64,000 nucleotides of DNA from Eledone cirrhosa (lineage: Eukaryota). The notes beneath the pieces are model-generated. The model was not told the DNA's origin, ran no database searches, and worked only from the letters and a program-made list of their open reading frames with translations. The position numbers and the translations under genes were made by a program. Shown in pieces: positions 38,941 to 49,434 of this stretch (position 1 is its first letter; each line of letters begins with the position of its first letter). The stretch spans positions 27,528,001 to 27,592,000 of the forward strand of contig OZ024740.1 in NCBI GenBank assembly GCA_964016885.1. The letters are read 5' to 3'.

Positions 38941-39617
38941 ATGGTTTGGTAGTGTTAGTAGTGGTAATAATTTTGATGGTGTTTTTGGTGGTGTTGGTAA
39001 TGTTAGTAGTGGTAATAGTTTTGATGGTTTGGTAGTGTTAGTAGTGGTAATAATTTTGATGGTGTTTTTGGTGGTGTTGGTAATGTTAGTAGTGGTAATA
39101 GTTTTGATGGTGTTGTTGGTTGTGTTGGTAGTGTTAGTAGTGGTAATAGTTTTGATGGTTTGGTAGTGTTAGTAGTGGTAATAATTTTGATGGTGTTTTT
39201 TGTGGTGTTGGTAATGCTAGTAGTGGTAATAGTTTTGATGGTTTGGTAGTGTTAGTAGTGGTAATAATGTTGATGGTGTTTTTGGTGGTGTTGGTAATGT
39301 TAGTAGTGGTAATAGTTTTGATGGTGTTGTTGGTTGTGTTGGTAGTGTTAGTAGTGGTAATAGTTTTGATGGTTTGGTAGTGTTAGTAGTGGTAATAATT
39401 TTGATGGTGTTTTTGGTGGTGTTGGTAATGTTAGTAGTGGTAATAGTTTTGATGGTTTGGTAGTGTTAGTAGTGGTAATAATGTTGATGGTGTTTTTGGT
39501 GGTGTTGGTAATGTTAGTAGTGGTAATAGTTTTGATGGTGTTGTTGGTTGTGTTAGTAGTGTTAGTAGTTGTAATAGTTTTGATGGTTTGGTAGTGTTAG
39601 TAGTGGTAATAATTTTG
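38941..39617. repeat. 214-bp higher-order repeat (83+131 bp) in three copies, built on a 35-bp truncated unit
   Basis: atggtttggt starts at 38941, 39024, 39155, 39238, 39369, 39452, 39583, giving alternating 83 and 131 bp spacing. Confidence 0.9.
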
Positions 39618-42600
39618 TTGGTGTTTTTGGTGGTGTTGGTAATGTTTGTAGTGGTACTAGTTTTGATGGTGTTGTTGGTTGTGTTGGTAGAGTTAGTAGT
39701 GGTAATAATTTTGATGGTGTTGGTAGTGTTAGTAGTGGTAATAGATTTGATGGTGTTGTTGTTGGTCTTGTTGGTGTTAGTAGTGGTAATAATGTTGATG
39801 GTGTTTTTGGTGGTGTTGGTAATGTTAGTAGTGTTAATAGTTATAATGGTGTTGATGGTGGTGTTGGTAGAGTTAGTAGTGGTAATAGTTTTGATGGTGT
39901 TGTTGGTGGTGGTAGTGTTAGTAGTTGTAATAGATTTGATGGTGTTGTTGGTGGTATTGGTTGTGTCTATTGTGATCAATATCACAGTTGGTAACATATT
40001 AGTAAGAGCTATACCTCGTGTCTATTGTAATCAATATTAAGGTTGATAACATATTAGTAGGAGCAATACCTCGTGTCTATTGTAACCAATATTAAGGTTG
40101 GTAACATATTAGTAAGAGCAATAGCTTGTATCTATTGTAATCAATATTATAGGTGGTAACATATTAGTAAGAGCAATACCTTGTGTCTATTGTAATCAAT
40201 ATTACAGTTGGTAACATATTAGTAAGAGCAATACCTTGTGTCTATTGTCATCAATATTACAGGTGGTAACATATTAGTAAGAGCAATACCTCGTGTCTAT
40301 TGTAATCAATATTACAGTTGGTAACATATTAGTAAGAGCAATACCTTGTGTCTATTGTAATCAATATTACAGTTGGTAACATATTAGTAAGAGCAATACC
40401 TTGTGTCTATTGTAATCAATATCACAGTTGGTAACATATTAGTAAGAGCAATACCTTGTGTCTATTGTAATCAATATTACAGTTGGTAACATATTAGTAA
40501 GAGCAATATCTTGTGTCTATTGTAATCAATATCACAGTTGGTAACATATTAGTAAGAGCAATACCTCGTGTCTATTGTAATCAATATCACAGTTGGTAAC
40601 ATATTAGTAAGAGCAATACCTCGCATCTATTGTAATCAATATTACAGTTGGTAACATATTAGTAAGAGCAATACTTTGTGTCTATTGTAATCAATATCAC
40701 AGTTGGTAACATATTAGTAAGAGCAATACCTCGTGTCTATTGTAATCAATATCACAGTTGGTAACATATTAGTAAGAGCAATACCTCGTATCTATTGTAA
40801 TCAATATTACAGTTGGTAACATATTAGTAAGAGCAATACCTTGTGTCTATTGTAATCAATATTACAGGAGGTAACATATTAGTAAGAGCAATACCTCGTG
40901 TCTATTGTAATCAATATTACAGTTGGTAACATATTAGTAAGAGCAATACCTTGTGTCTATTGTAATCAATATTACAGGTGGTAACATATTAGTAAGAGCA
41001 ATACCTCGTGTCTATTGTAATCATTATCAAAGTTGGTAACATATTAGTAAGAGCATTACCTTGTGTATATTGTAATCAATATCACAGTTGGTAACATATT
41101 AGTAAGAGCAATACCTTGTGTCTATTGTAATCAATATTACAGTTGGTAACATATTAGTAAGAACAATACATCGTTTCTATTGTAATCAATATTACAGTTG
41201 GTAACATATTAGTAAGAGCAATACCTTGTGTCTATTGTAACCAATATCACAGTTGGTAACATATTAGTAAGAGCAATACATTGTGTCTATTGTAATCAAT
41301 ATTACAGTTGGTAACATATTAGTAAGAGCAATACCTCGTGTCTATTGTAATCAATATTACAGTTGGTAACATATTAGTAAGAGCAATACCTTGTGTCTAT
41401 TGTAATAATCAATATTACAAGTGGTAACATATTAGTAAGAGCAATTCCTTGTGTCTATTGTAATCAATATTACAGTTGGTAACATATTAGTAAGAGTAAT
41501 ACCGTGTGTCTATTGTAATCAATATTACAGATGGTTACATATTAGTAAGAGTAATACCTGGTGTCTATTGTAATCAATATTACAGTTGGTAACATATTAG
41601 TAAGAGTAATACCTTGTGTCTATTTTAATCAATATCACAGTTGGTAACATATTAGTAAGAGCAATACCTTGTGTCTATTGTAATCAATATTACAGTTGGT
41701 AACATATTAGTAAAAGCAATACCTTGTGTCTATTGTAATCAATATCACAGTTGGTAACATATTAGTAAGAGCAATACCTTGTGTCTATTGTAATCAATAT
41801 CACAGTTGGTAACATATTAGTAAGAGCTATACCTTTTGTCTATTGTAATCAATATTAAGGTTGGTAACATATTAGTAAGAGCAATACCTCGTGTCTATTG
41901 TAATCAATATTATAGTTGGTAACATATTAGTAAGAGCAATACCTCGTGTCTATTGTAATCAATATTACAGTTGGTAACATATTAGTAAGAGCAATACCTC
42001 GTGTCTAGTGTAATCAATATTACAGTTGGTAACAAATTAGTAAGAGCATTACCTTGTGTCTATTGTAATCAATTTCACAGTTGGTAACATATTAGTAAGA
42101 GCAATACCTTGTGCCTATTGTAATCAATATTAATGTTGGTAACATACTAGTAAGAGAAATACCTTGTGTCTATTGTAATCAATATTACAGGTGGTAACAT
42201 ATTAGTAAGAGCACTACCTTGTGTCTATTGTAATCAATATTACAGGAGGTAACATATTAGTAAGAGCAATACATCGTGTCTATTTTAATCAATATCACAG
42301 TTGGTGACATATTAGTAAGAGCAATACTTTGTGTCTATTGTAATCAATATCACAGTTGGTAACATATTAGTAAGAGCAATACCTCGTGTCTATTGTAATC
42401 AATATCACAGTTGGTAACATATTAGTAAGAGCAATACCTCGCATCTATTGTAATCAATATTACAGTTGGTAACATATTAGTAAGAGCAATACTTTGTGTC
42501 TATTGTAATCAATATCACAGTTGGTAACATATTAGTAAGAGCAATACCTCGTGTCTATTTTAATCAATATCACAGTTGGTAACATATTAGTAAGAGCAAT

Positions 42601-45600
42601 ACTTTGTGTCTATTGTAATCAATATCACAGTTGGTAACATATTAGTAAGAGCAATACCTCGTGTCTATTGTAATCAATATCACAGTTGGTAACATATTAG
42701 TAAGAGCAATACCTCGCATCTATTGTAATCAATATTACAGTTGGTAACATATTAGTAAGAGCAATACTTTGTGTCTATTGTAATCAATATCACAGTTGGT
42801 AACATATTAGTAAGAGCAATACCTCGTGTCTATTTTAATCAATATCACAGTTGGTAACATATTAGTAAGAGCAATACCTCGTATCTATTGTAATCAATAT
42901 TACAGTTGGTAACATATTAGTAAGAGCAATACCTTGTGTCTATTGTAATCAATATTACAGGTGGTAACATATTAGTAAGAGCAATACCTCGTGTCTATTG
43001 TAATCAATATCACAGTTGGTAACATATTAGTAAGAGCATTACCTTGTGTCTATTGTAATCTATATCACAGTTGGTAACATATTAGTAAGAGCAATACCAC
43101 GTGTCTATTTTAATCAATATTACAGTTGGTAACATATTAGTAAGAACAATACCTCGTGTCTATTGTAATCGATATTACAGTTGGTAACATATTAGTAAGA
43201 GCAATACCTTGTGTCTATTGTAACCAATATCATAGTTGGTAACATATTAGTAAGAGCAATACATTGTGTCTATTTTAATCAATATTACAGTTGGTAACAT
43301 ATTAGTAAGAGCAATACCTCGTGTCTATTGTAATCAATATTACAGTTGGTAACATATTAGTAAGAGCAATACCTTGTGTCTATTGTAATAATCAATATTA
43401 CAAGTGGTAACATATTAGTAAGAGCAATACCTTGTGTCTATTGTAATCAATATTACAGTTGGTAACATATTAGTAAGAGTAATACCGTGTGTCTATTGTA
43501 ATCAATATTACAGTTGGTTACATATTAGTAAGAGTAATACCTGGTGTCTATTGTAATCAATATTACAGTTGGTAACATATAAGTAAGAGTAATACCTTGT
43601 GTCTATTTTAATCAATATCACAGTTGGTAACATAATAGTAAGAGCAATACCTTGTGTCTATTGTAATCAATATTACAGTTGGTAACATATAAGTAAGAGC
43701 AATACCTTGTGTCTATGGCAATCAATATTACAGTTGGTAACATATTAGTAAGAGCAATACCTTGTGTCTATTGTAATCAATATTACAGGTGGTAACATAT
43801 TAGTAAGAGCAATACCTCGTGTCTGTTGTAATCAATATTACAGTTGGTAACATGTTAGTAAGAGCAATAACTTGTGTCTATTGTAATCAATATTACAGTT
43901 GGTAACATATTAGTAAGAGCAATACCTTGTGTCTATTGTAATAATCAATATTACAAGTGGTAACATATTAGTAAGAGCAATACCTTGTGTCTATTGTAAT
44001 CAATATTACAGTTGGTAACATATTAGTAAGAGTAATACCGTGTGTCTATTGTAATCAATATTACAGTTGGTTACATATTAGTAAGAGTAATACCTGGTGT
44101 CTATTGTAATCAATATTACAGTTGGTAACATATTAGTAAGAGTAATACCTTGTGTCTATTTTAATCAATATCACAGTTGGTAACATATTAGTAAGAGCAA
44201 TACCTTGTGTCTATTGTAATCAATATTACAGTTGGTAACATATTAGTAAAAGCAATACCTTGTGTCTATTGTAATCAATATCACAGTTGGTAACATATTA
44301 GTAAGAGCAATACCTTGTGTCTATTGTAATCAATATCACAGTTGGTATCATATTAGTAAGAGCTATACCTTTTGTCTATTGTAATCAATATTAAGGTTGG
44401 TAACATATTAGTAAGAGCAATACCTCGTGTCTATTGTAATCAATATTAAGGTTGGTAACATATTAGTAAGAGCATTACCTTGTGTCTATTGTAATCAATA
44501 TCACAGTTGGTAACATATTAGTAAGAGCAATACCTTGTGTCTATTGTAATCAATATTTAGGTTGGTAACATATTAGTAAGAGAAATACCTTGTGTCTATT
44601 GTAATCAATATTACAGGTGGTAACATATTAGTAAGAGCAATACCTTGTGTCTATTGTAATCAATATTACAGGTGGTAACATATTAGTAAGAGCAATACCT
44701 CGTGTCTATTTTAATCAATATCACAGTTGGTAACATATTAGTAAGAGCAATACCTTGTGTCTATTGTAACCAATATCACAGTTGGTAACATATTAGTAAG
44801 AGCAATACATTGTGTCTATTGTAATCAATATTACAGTTGGTAACATATTAGTAAGAGCAATACCTCGTGTCTATTGTAATCAATATTACAGTTGGTAACA
44901 TATTAGTAAGAGCAATACCTTGTGTCTATTGTAATCAATATTACAGTTGGTAACATATTAGTAAGAGCAATACCTTGTGTCTATTGTAATCAATATTACA
45001 GTTGGTAACATATTAGTAAGAGTAATACCTTGTGTCTATTGTAACCAATATCACAGTTGGTAACATATTAGTAAGAGCAATACGTTGTGTCTATTGTAAT
45101 CAATATCACAGTTGGTAACATATTATTAAGAGCAATACCTTGTGTCTATGGTAATCAATATTACAGTTGGTAACATATTAGTAAGAGCAATACCTTGTGT
45201 CTATTGTAATCAATATTACAGGTGGTAACATATTAGTAAGAGCAATACCTTGTGTCTATTGTAATCAATATTACAGTTGGTAACATATTAGTAAGAGCTA
45301 TACCTCGTGTCTATTGTAGTCAATATTAAGGTTGGTAACATATTAGTAAGAGCAATACCTTGTGTCTATTGTAATCAATATTACAGTTGGTAACATATTA
45401 GTAAGAGCAATACCTTGTGTCTATTGTAATCAATATTAAGGTTGGTAACATATTAGTAAGAGCAATACCTTGTGTCTATTGTAATCAATATTACAGTTGG
45501 TAACATATTAGTAGGAGCAATACTTTGTGTCTATTGTAATCAATATCATAGTTGGTAACATATTAGTAAGAGCTATACCTCGTGTCTATTGTAATCAATA

Positions 45601-45929
45601 TTAAGGTTGGTAACATATTAGTAAGAGCAATACCTCGTGTCTATTGTACCAATATTAAGGTTGGTAACATATTAGTAAGAGCAATACCTTGTGTCTATTG
45701 TAATCAATATTACAGTTGGTAACATATTAGTAAGAGCAATATTTTGTGTCTATTGTAATCAATATCACAGTTGGTAACATATTAGCAAGAGGTATACCTC
45801 GTGTCTATTGTAATCAATATTAAGGTTGGTAACATATTAGTAAGAGCAATACCTCGTGTCTATTGTACCAATATTAAGGTTGGTAACATAATAGTAAGAG
45901 CAATATCTTGTGTCTATTGTAATCAATAT

Positions 45930-48130
45930 TACAGGTGCTAACATATTAGTAAGAGCAATACCTTGTGTCTATTGTAATCAATATTACAGTTGGTAACATA
46001 TTAGTAAGAGCAATACTTTGTGTCTACTGTAATCAATATCACAGTTGGTAACATATTAGTAAGAGCTATACCTCGTGTCTATTGTAATCAATATTAAGGT
46101 TGGTAACATATTAGTAAGAGCAATACCTCGTGTCTATTGTACCAATATTAATGTTGGTAACATATTAGTAAGAGCAATACCTTGTGTCTATTGTAATCAA
46201 TATTACAGGTGGTAACATATTAGTAAGAGCAATACCTTGTGTCTATTGCAATCAATATTACAGTTGGTAACATATTAGTAAAAGCAATACCTTGTGTCTA
46301 TTGTAATCAATATCACAGTTGGTAACATATTAGTAAGAGCAATACCTTGTGTCTATTGTAATCAATATCACAGTTGGTAACATATTAGTAAGAGCAATAC
46401 GTTGTGTCTATTGTAATCAATATCACAGTTGGTAACATATTATTAAGAGCAATACCTTGTGTCTATGGTAATCAATATTACAGTTGGTAACATATTAGTA
46501 AGAGCAATATCTTGTGTCTATTGTAATCAATATTACAGGTGGTAACATATTAGTAAGAGCAATACCTTGTGTCTATTGTAATCAATATTACAGTTGGTAA
46601 CATATTAGTAAGAGCTATACCTCGTGTCTATTGTAATCAATATTAAGGTTGGTAACATATTAGTAAGAGCAATACCTTGTGTCTATTGTAATCAATATTA
46701 CAGTTGGTAACATATTAGTAAGAGCAATACCTTGTGTCTGTTGTAATCAATATTAAGGTTGGTAACATATTAGTAAGAACAATACCTTGTGTCCATTGTA
46801 ATCAATATTACAGTTGGTAACATATTAGTAAGAGCAATACTTTGTGTCTATTGTAATCAATATCACAGTTGGTAACATATTAGTAAGAGCTATACCTCGT
46901 GTCTATTGTAATCAATATTAAGGTTGGTAACATATTAGTAAGAGCAATACCTCGTGTCTATTGTACCAATATTAAGGTTGGTAACATATTAGTAAGAGCA
47001 ATACCTTGTGTCTATTGTAATCAATATTACAGGTGCTAACATATTAGTAAGAGCAATACCTTGTGTCTATTGTAATCAATATTACAGTTGGTAACATATT
47101 AGTAAGAGCAATACTTTGTGTCTACTGTAATCAATATCACAGTTGGTAACATATTAGTAAGAGCTATACCTCGTGTCTATTGTAATCAATATTAAGGTTG
47201 GTAACATATTAGTAAGAGCAATACCTCGTGTCTATTGTACCAATATTAATGTTGGTAACATATTAGTAAGAGCAATACCTTGTGTCTATTGTAATCAATA
47301 TTACAGGTGGTAACATATTAGTAAGAGCAATACCTTGTGTCTATTGCAATCAATATTACAGTTGGTAACATATTAGTAAAAGCAATACCTTGTGTCTATT
47401 GTAATCAATATCACAGTTGGTAACATATTAGTAAGAGCAATACCTTGTGTCTATTGTAATCAATATCACAGTTGGTAACATATTAGTAAGAGCAATACGT
47501 TGTGTCTATTGTAATCAATATCACAGTTGGTAACATATTATTAAGAGCAATACCTTGTGTCTATGGTAATCAATATTACAGTTGGTAACATATTAGTAAG
47601 AGCAATATCTTGTGTCTATTGTAATCAATATTACAGGTGGTAACATATTAGTAAGAGCAATACCTTGTGTCTATTGTAATCAATATTACAGTTGGTAACA
47701 TATTAGTAAGAGCTATACCTCGTGTCTATTGTAATCAATATTAAGGTTGGTAACATATTAGTAAGAGCAATACCTTGTGTCTATTGTAATCAATATTACA
47801 GTTGGTAACATATTAGTAAGAGCAATACCTTGTGTCTGTTGTAATCAATATTAAGGTTGGTAACATATTAGTAAGAACAATACCTTGTGTCCATTGTAAT
47901 CAATATTACAGTTGGTAACATATTAGTAAGAGCAATACTTTGTGTCTATTGTAATCAATATCACAGTTGGTAACATATTAGTAAGAGCTATACCTCGTGT
48001 CTATTGTAATCAATATTAAGGTTGGTAACATATTAGTAAGAGCAATACCTCGTGTCTATTGTACCAATATTAAGGTTGGTAACATATTAGTAAGAGCAAT
48101 ACCTTGTGTCTATTGTAATCAATATTACAG
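45930..48130. repeat. 1098-bp (20-unit) tandem duplication in satellite B
   Basis: aggtgctaac at 45933 and 47031. gtccattg at 46791 and 47889. Confidence 0.88.
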
Positions 48131-49434
48131 TTGGTAACATATTAGTAAGAGCAATATTTTGTGTCTATTGTAATCAATATCACAGTTGGTAACATATTAG
48201 TAAGAGCTATACCTCGTGTCTATTGTAATCAATATTAAGGTTGGTAACATATTAGTAAGAGCAATACCTTGTGTCTATTGTAATCAATATTACAGGTGCT
48301 AACATATTAGTAAGAGCAATACCTTGTGTCTATTATAATCAATATTACAGTTGGTAACATATTAGTAAGAGCAATACTTTGTGTCTACTGTAATCAATAT
48401 CACAGTTGGTAACATATTAGTTAGAGCTATACCTCGTGTCTATTGTAATCAATATTAAGGTTGGTAACATATTAGTAAGAGCAATACCTTGTGTCTATTG
48501 TAATCAATATCACAGTTGGTAACATATTAGTAAGAGCAATACGTTGTGTCTATTGGAATCAATATCACAGTTGGTAACATATTATTAAGAGCAATACCTT
48601 GTGTCTATGGTAATCAATATTACAGTTGGTAACATATTAGTAAGAGCTATACCTTTTGTCTATTGTAATCAATATTAAGGTTGGTAACATATTAGTAAGA
48701 GCAATACCTCGTGTCTATTGTAATCAATATTATAGTTGGTAACATATTAGTAAGAGCAATACCTCGTGTCTATTGTAATCAATATTACAGTTGGTAACAT
48801 ATTAGTAAGAGCAATACCTCGTGTCTATTGTAATCAATATTACAGTTGGTAACAAATTAGTAAGAGCATTACCTTGTGTCTATTGTAATCAATATCACAG
48901 TTGGTAACATATTAGTAAGAGCAATACCTTGTGCCTATTGTAATCAATATTAAGGTTGGTAACATATTAGTAAGAGAAATACCTTGTGTCTATTGTAATC
49001 AATATTACAGGTGGTAACATATTAGTAAGAGCAATACCTTGTGTCTATTGTAATCAATATTACAGGAGGTAACATATTAGTAAGAGCAATGCCTCGTGTC
49101 TATTTTAATCAATATCACAGTTGGTAACATATTAGTAAGAGCAATACTTTGTGTCTATTGTAATCAATATCACAGTTGGTAACATATTAGTAAGAGCAAT
49201 ACCTCGTGTCTATTGTAATCAATATCACAGTTGGTAACATATTAGTAAGAGCAATACCTCGCATCTATTGTAATCAATATTACAGTTGGTAACATATTAG
49301 TAAGAGCAATACTTTGTGTCTATTGTAATCAATATCACAGTTGGTAACATATTAGTAAGAGCAATACCTCGTGTCTATTTTAATCAATATCACAGTTGGT
49401 AACATATTAGTAAGAGCAATACCTCGTATCTATT

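Larger units (their letters stand above)
1..39960. repeat. Satellite A: 48-bp tandem repeat, G/T-rich on + strand, with 45/39/36/33-bp length variants; continues off the left edge
   Basis: The unit GGT GTT GGT AGT GTT AGT AGT GGT AAT AGT TTT GAT GGT GTT GTT (GGT/GTT/GGA) repeats head-to-tail throughout. The GGT-ending consensus has 19 G, 22 T, 7 A and 0 C. About 850 copies estimated from length. Confidence 0.99.

Noticed and set aside
2-39035. Very long poly-Val/Leu ORFs on the + strand (up to 2470 aa)
   Set aside because: Uninterrupted hydrophobic sequence of this length is implausible as protein. It is a by-product of T at every third base, and the ORFs start and stop at repeat variants.
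1-39960. Telomerase-type telomeric repeat suggested by the G/T-rich strand
   Set aside because: The 48-bp unit has kb-scale duplications typical of recombination. The G-rich strand runs towards the degenerate end and satellite B, the opposite of the polarity expected at a telomere. A subtelomeric location is not excluded.
39588-40040. ORFs crossing the A/B junction (39588..40040 + and 39431..39997 -)
   Set aside because: They are read-through from the open repeat frame into the first B units and have no recognisable domain.
40205-40210. CAGTTG (E-box/MYB-like motif) in most B monomers
   Set aside because: A 6-bp match is expected by chance, is multiplied only by tandem amplification, and is often mutated (CAGGTG, AGGTTG).
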